Assembly: GCA_015680685.1 (NCBI GenBank)
Contig: MNCI01000310.1
Span: 183,220-247,219, forward strand
Source: Gnetum montanum
Lineage: Eukaryota > Plantae > Gnetophyta
DNA length: 64,000 bases
Direction of reading: 5' to 3'
Each line of letters opens with the position of its first letter. Within the stretch, counting starts at the first letter, position 1. A program made the translations under genes and the position numbers. The notes under the pieces were generated by a model that saw only the letters and a list, made by a program, of their open reading frames with translations, had not been told where the DNA came from and made no database searches. Of the stretch, positions 49,600-62,962 are shown piece after piece.

Positions 49600-52500
49600 T
49601 TGAACGTGGGTGTCCATCAAGGGAGGTGGTATTTACACTGGCCAATCTTGGTTCTAGAAAAGGTTTAATTTATTGGATATTGACCAAATACTTTTTATTT
49701 GGGCTGTTAGGTTTGTAGATTATCATGGTTCCAAAGGAAAAGGTTTGATCAATTATATAAGGTCCCTCCCATAATGTTTGAAATTTTTCCTTTTGAGGTA
49801 CATGTGTGGGGTTCCAGTAGAGGACCTTATCTCCTAGTTGAAACCTTAATTTCCTAATTCTAAGGTCATGGAATTGCTTACTAAATTCCTTATTCACATC
49901 ATTCAAAGATAGGGCCACTAAGTGATTTTCATCTAGCATGTTCAGATTGATCAATTTTTCCTTTTGTGCTAAACTTAGGTCAAGGTTTAGTTTATAGGCC
50001 ATTGAGAGTGTACGAAGCTCAGATTGAATTGGAAGTGCTGGAATTTTTCCATACACTAACTCATAGGGAAAATATCCAATAGGAAGTTTATAAGTTGATT
50101 GATAAGCCTAAAGAGTATCATTAAGCTTTGTGCTCCAATCCTTCCTATATTTGCTAATGGTTCACGTTAATATTTTAGTAATCTCCTAGTTGGTTGCCTT
50201 TGATTTACCATTGGCTTGGGGATGGTAATGTGTTGTTAATTATGTTCTACCCTCAAGTGTTACATTAAATTTCTAAATGTGGCACCTATGAAATGAGTTC
50301 CATTATCAGAAATTAGTGAACATGGCACCCCAAACTTGTTGATGATATGTTGTCATATAAATCTCATAATAGTGGATGATGTGTAATCTGTAATGGTTGC
50401 CACTTCAGCCCATTTTATACAATATTCAACTACTAATATAATATACACTTTCCTGTTAGACATGGGTGTGATAGAATCCATGAAGTCAACACCCCATATG
50501 TTAAAAGGTTCTAGTGGTTGAATCCACTGTTGAGGACTTTCCATATGTGTTGTCATCCCCCATCATGATGACAATGTTTATAAGACTTGACAAACTGGTG
50601 GGCATCCCTAAAGATTGTGGACCAATAGCATCCTGCCATTAGGATTTTTATTGTTGTGCATCTCCCTGCATAGTGGCCTCCACAAGGTCTTCATGAACAT
50701 CCTAGAGAATGTGTAGTTGATCTTCATCAGGGACACATCAACATATTAGGCCATCGGCACATACCTTATAAAGGTGTCTATTGATTTCCATAAAGTATTT
50801 GACTCAATGAAGAAATTGTTGCTTTTTCCTCAAAATCCAAGTCTTGTGGAATCTCTTGAGTGAGAAGATATGTGAGGATGCCATTATACCATACTGCTTT
50901 TTTAGGCATGTGTTCATTTATTGCTCTAGTAAAGAGGTTTGTCTATAAATTGATTAGAGAGTGGGATCTCCTCCTCTTTGTTATCCCATCTTAAGTAAGA
51001 AAGATGGTCAGTGACCATAGTCTCAGTCCCTTTTCAATCTATCATAGTAATATTGAATTCCTACAAGATCACAAGCCACCATATAACATGAGGGCTCACC
51101 ATCGACCTATTCATAAGGAAGCAAATTGCACTGTGGTTTGTATGTACAAATATTTTGTAACCTAGCACATAATGTCTAAACTTTTATAGTGCATACATCA
51201 TTGTCATTAATTCTTTCTTCATGGTGGTGTAATTTAACTATGATCCCACGATGATTTGACTCATGCAATGGATATATTATGGACATTTTTTATCAACCAT
51301 TTTCATGAGTACTACTTCCAAAAAATAGTTAGATGCATCTGTCATGATATGGAATGGTTTGAACCAATCTAGTTCTTGTAGGATTGGTGTTTCTACAAGT
51401 TTTTCTTTTAATTGTTGGAATCCATTTTCACATTCCTTTATCCAAATGAATGGTGCATCTTTCTTTGTAAGTTTTACAAATGGTTTAGCAATCCTAGGGA
51501 AATTCTCAATAAAGCACCACTAGTAACTAATGTGTCCAAGGAATGACCAAACATCTTTAATAGTATTTGGTTAACGTGTTATTCCTTGGATGACCCTTAT
51601 CTTTTTTGGGTCTATGTTAATCCCTTTGTGCAAAATTTGGTACCCTAGCACAATGCCTTCTTGGACCATGATATCGATCTTTTGCCAATTGAGCTATAGT
51701 TTTTTCTCAACACATCTCTTCAATACTTGCTCAAGTTGGTCCAAGGCTTGCTCAAAGGTAGCTCTGTAGGTGGAGAAGTCATCTATGAAAACTTCAACAC
51801 CACTACCGATTTTTTGTTGAAAGATACTAAGGATTAAGCATTGAAATGTTTTAGGGGCATTGCATAGGCCAAATGGAATCTTATAGTATGCCAAAGTCCT
51901 CCAAGGACTCGTGAATGTTGTCTTGGCTTGGTCTTCTAGTGTAATTTGGATTTGGTTGTAGCCATTATAACTATCCAAGAAACTATAATAACAATGCTTG
52001 GATATGGTGTCTAATACTTGATTGAAAAATGACAAAAGAAAGTGATCCTTAAATGTTGCCATATTCAACAACCTAAAGTCAATGTAAACCCACCATTTAC
52101 CATCCTTCTTTGGTACAATTATGAGTGGGCTAACCTACTCACTATCCATGATTGGATAGATAAACACCACCTTGAGGAGTTGCTCTATTTTCTCCTTAAT
52201 GATTTGCTTCAATTTGGGGTTTAGCTACCTTTGCAGCTACCTTCTAGGCTTCATGGCCAGGTCCATGTAGATATAGTGCTAGCATATCCTTGGATCGATT
52301 CCTATTTGCTCTGGATATGACCAAGTAAAGGATGTTGATAATTTATTTACTACTTTCAACAACTTTTCTTTTTGTTTAGGAGCAACTTTTGCATTAATGA
52401 TGACTAGTTTACAATTCTTTAAAAAGGCATACTGCATTCCCACTGGTAAAGTTTTTAGTTATAAGGGATCTTACTTGAAATGATCAAGGATCTCCAACTC

Positions 52501-55400
52501 TCCCTAGCAGTTATCATCATATTCCTTAGAGAGTTGGGAATGAACTGGTTCAATCTTGTCCATGCCTTCTACATATGCACAAGTTAAACTCTTAGTTGGC
52601 TCCATACATATTGTGTTGCTATCTGAATCAACTATCAACCACTATGTTCCGTCCTATTTTATGGTTGTTGCTTATGGACACTATTGAATATTAACATCTT
52701 GTGCATGCTGATTACATGCCTAAATGTATGTGCTTTTGATTGACCAAGTCTTTTGCACCTAATTGCACCTGTTGTTGCTATACATGATGCATGGAATACA
52801 CTTCTTCTCAATTTTTCCTAACTCATTCTCCTTAGATATTTTGAGAGATAGGTCCCTTATACCCATTCATGCATCAACCATGCTTAACCAAGCCCTTTCC
52901 ATGATGATGGGAAAGTCACTTTTGCAATTGTTCACCTTGATTACTAGAAAATTAGCAAGATAGAACCACCCACAAACTATGGTTACAATGTCCTCTACTA
53001 ATCCAAAAGGGGCCGTAATTGACTAATATGATAATTCTAAATAGATGTTGCTCTTCTCAAGAGATGTTAGGCTCTAGGCTTTGTACATATCATGGGAGAT
53101 GAGGTTAACTTTGGAACTAGAGGTAAGAAGAGCCTTGCATGGCTCTTGTCCAGTAATCTATAAAAAGACGAGCAAGCTTTGTAGATTAGATATTTTTGTA
53201 GAAAGGTTGCCAGCCTTGATTTAATTAGAAATAGCATGAGTTAGCATTATAGTGTGGATCCTAGGTAGCACTTGGTTTGAAGGGTGCTCGAAGGTATTGG
53301 ATGTAGAGGATGAGGGTACTGGAGATGTAGGGTGATTAGCCAAAGTAGGTTATGAGGGTTATAGAGGACTGTTGGGTTAATAGAAAGGTTGTTTCCTTGA
53401 TCAATTATTTAAACCACTTTGTTGAAAAATTAGTTGTGAGTGTACAACCCTTGTAGCATTTCGTTGCTGTGATTGTGGAGGAACTTCACCCTGCATGGAT
53501 GGGGCAAAAGGTAACTAAGTTGAAGGTAAAGGTGTAGGTGCAGAGAGATGTGGAGGATGATAAGGATATAGATATGTGTTTTTCCCTTCAGTAGATGATG
53601 AATGTGTTTAGTGGTACATTTGAGGGTAATAGTGATGCTATAATGATGCATGACTTGCCAAACTTCTAGGGGGGATAGGTTGCTAAACATAGTACCCATA
53701 TAGATTTGGTTGCCTATAAGGGCACTGCTACCTTGGCGGTGGCATTTCCTATAATTTTGGTTGGTACCACTATTGGTACTGTTTATATGGTTGTGGAGGA
53801 GTTCCACTTGGGTAGTAAGCTTGTTGTTGCTAGTGGAACTATCTTAGATTGCCTTAAGGCTAAGGCAATCATCTTGGAGCTTGCCTACATGCTAGGCAGG
53901 GTTTCAGTGCATACACTCCAAATTCTTGTAAGTGTGACACCATAGGGAAACATCCCTTTGGATGTTCATATTGACATATGTCATATTCGATTTCATCATT
54001 AGAATCAGACTCCACAACTTCCTCTACTATAGCAGCTTTGCCCTTACCTCTTTGGTAGGCACATTTAGCTTCATTTCATCATCTACGATTACAATTAGTA
54101 TTCTACTCTTTGTATTCTTCAGAAATCTTCAAAGTAGTTTTGAACTTTTCATCCAAATATTTCCATAACTTATCAACCTTGGCTGAAATGTCAGAAACAA
54201 ATTTTTGGATAGGCAAGGTTTTTTTTGTTCACCACTTCATCAAGTGGTGAGTCCTCCTCATCACAAAATTAGACCTCTTATTTTCTAATGGATGGATTCC
54301 TATTTTACTCTTTAGAACTCTCCCTTTTTCATAGCTCACCTTCTTCTTTTGATACCTACTTAGTTAACCTTTGGATCTGATGAGCTCTCATTTCAGATAG
54401 CCTCCCTTGGGCATACACCCCAAGGGTTCTTCTTGTTTCTACACTGAGCCCATCAATGATGTGGCGAAGTTGTTCCCTCTAAGAGTAACCATGGCCAGGG
54501 CATCTATGTAAGAGTGAATATTATCAGCCCATGGTGGCATCCAAGGGTTCATGTGCTCCTTGTTTCTAGCCTTGGATTTGCCTTCTTAGATTAGACACTC
54601 TAGAGTACATTTAACATTTGTCATTAAATAGTTCTAACATGGTACTCCATCTTCAGATAGATTTCGATTCTAAGGATAGGTACCAAATTTCAACCTCCTT
54701 AATGAGTGTCCTTGAAAAAATCTTAAGTTTCTATCACTCTTTCTCGATGTTTTGTAAGGCACAAGCATCTTCAAAAGCTTGTAGATCTATCAACGGATCA
54801 GAGTTGTATCCCCCCTCAAATCTTGGGATATTGTTCATATCTAGGCGCTCAATCTGACTATCCTGTATATGCCTCGTTGGAATTCTTACTACCTTCACAA
54901 TGTTAAGCATACTTCGAGTTGCCAATAATGGTTCATCATCATCACTGCGTTGGTGGCATCAATGATGGTTTTGACCACCCCTTTGATGTTGGTGGCCTTC
55001 ATGGTCATTATTATTTCATCGATCCCCTTCATCATGGTTGTTTCGATGGTGGATTCTATGACAACCATCAAATGAAGAGGAATGTTTAGAATTAGATGAA
55101 GAGGATGAAGAGAAAGATGGACTACCATTGCCATTGTGGTGTCTTCCATCACTCTTACACTTTTTACTATCTCCATCATTAGATCCCTTATTATTATGAT
55201 GTTCACCAAAGTTCCTACCTTGACTATCACTCTTCCTTAAACATAGTTTATGAATACTTAATCGCAGGGTCAAGTTCACATCCTCACCATTGTTAGCATG
55301 GGGTGGAGAATCTTCATGTTGAGAACCTTCAAAGGGAGGATCCTCATTGTCCTCTTGATCTAGTAGGAACAAGGAGTTAGTGTAATGTTACCCCTTTGTA
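49600..55400 (-). pseudogene. Decayed gag-PR-RT-RH-INT of the Athila-like element
   Basis: IPRFEG...LQAFEDAC (gag); FPIIMERAWL (protease); KDHFLL, YNGYNQI, PFGLCNAP, FIDDFS (RT); WGVDFM, EYCIKWAE (INT); WEGPY. Confidence 0.9.
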
Positions 55401-55861
55401 GCTTCATGAATTATTTCTTTATGTTTGTCTCGCTTACATTATATTTCAGTGGGATGATAGTTCCGAGTGTCATATCCATCTACAACGTACTCTTCATGAA
55501 GATCTACTATGCCCAACTTCTTAAGGGTTTTAATTAGCATTCTGAGCATAGATCTATTAGGGGGGAAAACAACATTACCCTCCATATCACACCATCACAT
55601 TTTTTCATCTCGAGGTAGGATGAAGGTGAAACTTAGTACAAACTCATTTGGATGAGTGCATACCACCTTGCATTCCTATAGGACTAGTGGTTTAGTATCA
55701 TCATGCTTATGAGAAGAAGAAGACATGTTGTAAAACAAAAAAAAAAATTTCAGTGTCATTTTGTAATTTATGTATAGTGGGAGTCATATGACCCTTAGGT
55801 TCATACAATGATATTAGTGATATTCACTTAGATCTAAATAGCGCACGTTCCACAAACAAAG

Positions 55862-55879
55862 TCCCCGGTAATGGTGCTA
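55862..55879 (-). promoter_or_regulatory. Degenerate PBS (tRNA-Asp type)
   Basis: Minus strand reads tagcaccattaccgggga versus the Athila consensus tggcgccgttgccgggga (G>A changes only), adjacent to the 5' LTR. Confidence 0.75.
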
Positions 55880-57299
55880 GTGATGAGTGGTGAGGTACCC
55901 CTATGCCCAACCATATGAATCACAAGCATTCACGCATGATCCAGTTGAATTTCGTAGACTTTATCATTTCTAGTACACTTTAGGAAGTAAATCTAACCTT
56001 AAATTCAATCATTGTCCTTCCAATTACACTTGTGACATTCATTGGTATAGTTAAGTGTAACTGAGGCATCCAATTTTTATCATTTTGTATTTTACATTGT
56101 AGGTGCTCAAAATGTAGATAAAAAGGGATTTAATTAATAAATATAAATTGCTAATTAACTAATTGTTTAACTAATCCTAACATAAGTATCCGTTCCCACT
56201 TTCTGTACACATCTTGAATTCACGTATTCACTGCTCAATAGCCAAATGCTATGCTACTAGTCGTACTAAGCAATAATGTTGCTGGGATTACCAAGTGAAT
56301 ATGTATTACACTCGAAGTGGTCGTACTCATTAACTCAATTGCTGAAACAAATTGTGAAATAATTGATAATAATTAAAAAATTATTGAAAACATTGAATGC
56401 ATACATAAAAGAGCTAATCTATCCAAAGTTCTGCAAGGTTTATCAGAAAGCTCATCTTTATTGCCACATACACTATTGTGCTAAGGTACAACAATGCTTA
56501 AATAAAGATCTGTACACTCAATGACTCCTATTGCAGGCACTCAGGGAAAAAAATTCTAACTTTCAAATGGAAAAAATGCAAGAGCTTTGCTACAATTGAA
56601 ATCTGGACTCCCCATAAATACAGCTGGTAGGCACGTATTTCTAGGCAATGGATAGACACTGTGTCGATGAGGCATCATCAATGTAGGTCGAAATGTGTCA
56701 ATAAGGCCTTGTGGATGAGGCCTCATCGATGTGATTGGCTATGTTGACAAGGCCTCATCATCGCAACCAACTAATGATGACTCATCAGCCTTATTTCAAA
56801 ACTTGGGATATAAATCAAAATTACTCCTATATTAAATTTGTTAGAGAAATTTATGCATGTATAGCAAAAATTATTGATGTATAGGACCACTTTAGCATTA
56901 ACAATCTTTTTTACATTATGGTTGTATATCTTAGCAACTAGTTGGAATTGAATCTGTAACATTGAAAGATGCAAGCCATGAACCTTAACCAACAAGTCAC
57001 AGTTTTATACGAATCAATCTTAGCATCAAAAGTAATACTCCCAATCCCTTGAAGCAAAAATGTATAAAAATAATAGGGGCATGCATACTAATAGATAGAT
57101 AAGCTAAAATACCACATAAATCAAATACATTTAACAAAAAATAAAAAAATGGTTGATTGGATCATGGTATTAATTAAAGAAAATGTGTTAGTAATAGACA
57201 ATGTAAATATATAAATATTATCAAAAAGTAATGTCAGAGGTAACTATGACCAAATACATATACATAGACACAATTGTCTAACTAGATCCTAGTGCAATG

Positions 57300-58700
57300 T
57301 TATCTTGGGCTTTGTTTGGAGCATCATTCTACATAGAATCAATCTCTGTGATAGTATCATTGACCTCAATGATTGGTTGCTCCTCCATTCTAGATGTTCC
57401 TGATGGTCCTGCATCTAACTCATGAATCAAAGTGATCATCTCAATGAACACAAGGTCAACAATATCCTCCATTACTGCTAAACTAGAGGACTAATGTAAT
57501 GATAAAAAAAGTTTAGATGAGTATTTACCCCATGATTGAACATTCACAAATAGGTGAGTAAGCCTCTTGTCCACTTGTCCAAAATAGTTATCAATCTTTA
57601 ACTGGATGGCATCCATGTGGGTAATCAACCTTCATTCCATTCCCTTTAAGTAGGAAAATAATGTTGCATCATCTCCAAACTACTATTGCTGGTAGCTAGG
57701 ATTGATATGTAGAGCCTACATGTCCTCATTGTGCCCATAAAACCAATCCTAATCAACCTTCCTATCACCTTCTAGGACATGTGGGTCTAGGAGCCATATG
57801 ATATCATTAAGTCATGTCCTAGGGACATGCTCAGTGTACAATGCACATCCCAAATGTGGGAACTAATCGTTACCAAAAACTTGAACCTCTCTATCATCCC
57901 CCTTAGATTCTGGGATTTGCTAGTGATTGAAAAGAGTAGACACAGTTGATGGGAAAGGCATTGTAGTAGCATCTCTGTTGATGATCTCCATTCATCTAAT
58001 GATAATCTAGAGATAGTTTAGTGAACAGTCCACTACTAAATCTAGCAAAACCATAAGGATGAACAACATCACATGAGTGTGATGTGTGACAGCTAGGAGG
58101 TTTGTGTGAATTACCCTAATGAGAACTCTCCATTATGGGCTAAAGTTCCTGTAGGGACATCCTTTCTCATCAATATCCACCTTAAGCACCTTGCTCAACA
58201 GCTATGTTTTTCTCTCTAAGGTGGTAGTCACAAAATACTCTTGTTGTGGACCAACTACCATGTTGAGAACCTGTCCCAAGATCTATTCCGTAAGTGTATA
58301 GGCAAAGTCACTAATCTTGACCACCTTTGAGACAAGTGATTCTTGATGATGTCCCACATAGAACTGATGGGCATCATCTTAATACTAATCATGGCCTTTG
58401 ATGATGATGAAATCAAGATGGCATGCAATAAGCTTGTTAAGCATCTTCAGCTAAAAAGCTACATTAAGGAGCAAAGGTTCCTTAGACTCTGCAAGAGGGC
58501 TAATATGAGTTTCATCTTCCTTCTTTGCCACTCTTCATGTGCTAATGTCTCCTATGTAGACTGGTATGCCTCTTACTACTACTCTTTAGCAACATTTTGT
58601 CCAGTAGCCTGAGAGCCTACATGATATGTTCCTTATGTTTGTGCCTCTTGAACTCTGCTAAATCTCCTCTTGGAATTTTTTTGTGATGATGTTCCTCTCT
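57300..58700 (-). pseudogene. Another decayed Transposase_32-like ORF
   Basis: AHQFYVG...VVKISDFAYTLTE*ILGQVL...WRVLIRVIHTNLLAVTHHTHV...LNYL*III...MPFPSTVSTLF. Confidence 0.55.
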
Positions 58701-59049
58701 AAGAACAAAAAAATATATTATAGCTCAAATGTTACTAATTAAATCATTATTGTCCAACAATAATTAATTATATATAGACTATTTCCAATATGTGTAACTA
58801 TTATAGTAATTATGATTTAATAAATAATGAAACATCTCACACTAGAATAGGAACAATCATATTTTTGTATATGTACAAAACATTGATAACAAAATATAAC
58901 AATAAAGTAGAACAAAGCTAGATTTTTTATGTTTAATTATTTTTCGTTTAATCAAAGCTATCACAGATTTGGCTTGTTATGAGTTTTTATGGGTGAGAAG
59001 GTGTACATTTCCTAGTCATTTCATCTTTCCAATGGGAACCTTTAATGCT

Positions 59050-59800
59050 AATGTTTAATTTGTAAAACATTAGGAAATTTACTAGGATAATAAAGATATC
59101 CTAAAAAGCATGATGAAGTCATTATATAAGCAGCCCATACTATCTTTGTGCCAAAACCTTAGAATAGATCTTATATGCAATATTACACTTTTGGGATGTC
59201 TAGAATCAAACATAACATGCACCTTCTTTCTTATAAGGGAGAGTAATCCATGTAGAATGATATGTTTGTTTCAACATCCTAATAATTTTGATAAGAATCC
59301 TATGAGAAAAGCCATAAGCTTTTTGTGCTTGATTAAACTTTTGTGTGAAAATTATTTTTTTAATTTCTTATCTTTCACAAGGCTATCAAAATGTGCAATT
59401 TGAGCAACTATAATTTGATCATAAGGGATTAAATTATGGTGCCTATATTTTTAGAAAGACAAATTATTTCATGGTTGCTAAAAATTCAAACATGAAAGCA
59501 ATCTTTCTGTAGCAATGGGATTTCTAATTCGTTAAGTTATGTATGTAGCCTTGTCTAATGCAAGATCAACATGTAAAATGATGGTGATAAGAACTAGATA
59601 AATATTGAGTGAATTTCCATTTAAGATGATTTGTATGGACTAAATTGATAAGCCATGTAATTGGTTTGTATAAATAATGACAAACATCTCTGTTGATGTT
59701 GCCTGAATTTGATTAGACTTCTTTCCAGCTCATCTCTTGTTGGTAAAATATTGGTAACTATGTATTAATTATTTCAGAAATGGTGGTGACTTGGATTAGA
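59050..59800 (-). mobile_element. Highly decayed L1 LINE RT fragment
   Basis: Minus strand reads STWITLPYKKEGA ... CNIAYKIYSKVLAQR, compared with the L1 consensus T.ITLIPK...RPISLCNV.YKI.SKVLA.RL. Confidence 0.55.
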
Positions 59801-62800
59801 GTGTAGTGAGTGGTTTATTATAGACTAAAAAAGGGTTTATCCAAAATCGTATACTAAATTTAAATGGAAAATTACACATCAAAATTTTTGAAACAAATAA
59901 TAAAATGTAGCATTCGTAGATGTTTGGAGAAATTGAAGTTGTCAAAGTTGTTGTATCATGGCATCATCAACCAGTAATGGAAGCTGCATGAATTAAAAGG
60001 TAGGACTAAAGGAGAATATAACTAGAAAGAATGAAAGTTTAGTAGTTTAGATTATACTGTGTTTGGATTAACAGGGATCATCATTATCATCATGTTGCTA
60101 TTATACCATCTATATTAGTTGATTAGCATGACATGTGTCTTCGCATACCCCTTGTGATCAAACTTACAATTTGCAAATCACAAGCTACATGCTCTAACTA
60201 GGCTATGCCTCACTCATGTTTGCATTAACAACAAGGCAATATACAAAAGTAAGATTTCATGCACTATTCATTGAATTTTGTATGGGTCAAGGTTGGATTG
60301 AGGAGCACTGATTTGGAATAAACTAGCTTGAATTCTTCATGTCGAACATGATAAAAATTATAGTAATAGAGTAATGATACCAATTGCTTGGGCTTGAATA
60401 TGTAGCATGAAAATTAGTTCATATAAGCACATAGTTCTTCCATTAAAATCACATGATCAAAATTGAAAATTATTTAAATTATGTAGGCTACCAAGGCCCA
60501 TGAAAATAGGCTTGTAAATTTTAAAGTGAAATAATTAGAAGATGAATTGAAACATGTTAGTTGAAACACTCCTATAAACAAGGAAAATGTAGTGGAAGTA
60601 AGCAGTTTTTGCACACTTTTAAGGCTCCCTAGTGCACAAAGGAGGGTAGTACAACCAAAGGAAATACAACCAGAGTAATCTATGAAAAACTATTAATGAC
60701 ATTACAAATAGAATTAGAAAAAATTTAGCAACCAAAAACTTGAGGACCATTCATATTTTCATCAATCACAGAATAAGATAAGGACAATGCTTTATCAACA
60801 AACTTTCTCAAATCACAAAATCCCTTAATAAAAAATCATATCTAAAATAGAATTCTCCAAAGTTTGTAATTAAATTGTAGATTGTTACAGCTAACCCTAG
60901 CATGAGAAAAAGGATAATAAATTTAGAATTGTTGTGTGGTTTAACTTACCCTCCTACTCATTGGTATTTCAAATTCTAAAATTTAATGCTTTGAAATGAA
61001 ATCCTTTGATGCTATCTTTATAGCCTTGTTCTACAACCTTTTTCCACATTGCTTCTCACCTGATGTTTGTTGTGTGCAAGTGAAAGTGAAAGTAAAAGTG
61101 AAGATAACGGTTAATCTGATTCATTTTATTTTTTTACATTTTACCTCATGATGCGAGGTTCTATGACTCACATTTTATAGGAAGCTACAAGTTGCACTTA
61201 AATTATCTTCTCATAGTTTAACTAGAATAATGCATTTCACAATTTATAATTACTACTTGTAGTTTGATCTTTATGATGTAAGATGCATACCAAACTACAA
61301 ATTACACCCTTCTTAAAAGTATTTTGTCAGCATATTTTTTCATGAACCACATTGTTATAAAAAATATGTGACTCATAGTATTCATTGCTACTTGCAATCT
61401 GAACTTGGAAAGTGCCACTCACATTGAAGCACAATATGTTAAATTGGTTTCTGTACAAAAATTACATTGTGGAGATATGCAAATCACATGAACTCACAAA
61501 ATTATTTTGTGAAATGGGAGCAATTTGCATATCTTAATAAACTTTAATACTGTGTGATGTTTGTTCATGCATGTAATTTGAAAAATATTGCGAGTACATG
61601 CAAACCACATGTTCTCATAGTTCTTAACAAAGAAATATTCTAGACATCACTGATAAAGAAAAAGAAAACTAGATATATAGGGATCATTATACAAACCTTA
61701 ATTAACAATATACAAATAAGCAATGCATATCCAACACATAGTCTTGCAACACTCAATTAAGTTAAATAAATCATAATTTGATCCAACAAAAGAGAGTGAA
61801 AAACATGTTGTCAAGTAATCAGTAACAAATACATAATATTTTCTGATCATAGTTTGCTTTCCAAGGATGTTGAACAAAAAATACACTGAAAACATTGCCA
61901 TCTCATGAGCTACTATTTTAGGGTAGACACAAGATTAGAGGATTGTCCATGATTCTCTTGGCCATCTACACTCCAATCTACAAGCAAAATGAAATTGATT
62001 AAAATAAGAAGAACAAAATATAACTATTTTCATAACCATAGATAAGAAAAGAAATAGAATCCTCACCCTTAGTAAAAAGTCTTCTTGCACAGTTAGGCTT
62101 AGAAAGCTTTTGGGTAGTATGTTTGGTAGGACTATTCCAACCACACTATCTTTTTTAGCTCACTAATCCATCTATGTTACTTGAAAATATGAACTCTGAT
62201 TCCAAAAATTCCACATGTTTTTCTATTTCTAAAATACTATCCTTATCTATAGGCATGTTCAAAAATCCTATTGTGCATCCACATTACCTTTTTCCACCTC
62301 CATATCTTTATTTTCATTCTCCTCCATGTTCATCTCATTTGTTATAGACCTCTAACTAGCTGATCCTAATGTCGCTAGTGTTATTCCAAGTTTTGAATCA
62401 TCTTCCTAGCTAGGGAATTAATGTGGTTGGAATGAATTTATTTCCATAGGAACAAATGAATCATAAAACTCATCCTAGAAGAAGAACTTGCATACATTGG
62501 TGAAACCCTTCACCATAATAGGAACATTCATTAGGTGCTTGCAGAAATGGCCAAGGAAAGACAATTTACACTCACAAGATATACTAAAGGAAAACACCTT
62601 TGAAACCCTATACCAAGTGTTTGATATCAAACTATTCTAACTTTACATAGCATATTCAACTTATTTTTTCATGACTTGGACATAATCAAAATTAGAAATT
62701 TGTAAATCCTTTTTCCAAGGCTTCCTATTGAAATCTCTATATCTTTGTTGTTTATGAAAAATCCTACAGCTTTAATTCTTGAATTATTCCAACAATATAG

Positions 62801-62962
62801 TTGTACCATTGTCAAGCTTCATAGAAGCCAATCAATCCTTTATAATTTTCTATTTCTTATATCTCTTAAAAATTTACCCTTTAAAAATCCATGGTATGAC
62901 TTGACAACATTATTTGTGTGTTGTTGTGGATGTGGAACATTGCAAAATGGTTTAGTCCACAT

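Larger units (their letters stand above)
43393..56787 (-). mobile_element. Full-length decayed Athila-like Ty3/gypsy element (13.4 kb)
   Basis: LTRs 43393-44337 and 55881-56787 with TGATGAGT...ACTCATCA termini; decayed tRNA-Asp-type PBS; gag-pol plus extra 3' ORF; weak TSD aactt/gcctt. Confidence 0.92.

Noticed and set aside
54370-54400. CTGATGAG as a hammerhead ribozyme core
   Set aside because: No matching GAAA and stem architecture; it lies within the Athila gag region.
55016-55372. His/Ser-rich 118-aa ORF as an independent gene
   Set aside because: Low-complexity N-terminal part of the Athila-like gag.
60560-61080. Possible minus-strand LTR fragment
   Set aside because: Only compositional resemblance; no partner LTR, PBS, PPT or TSD.
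61700-62520. Exon-like acidic reading frames on the minus strand (also ~42240-42700)
   Set aside because: Too decayed to assign; no diagnostic motif.
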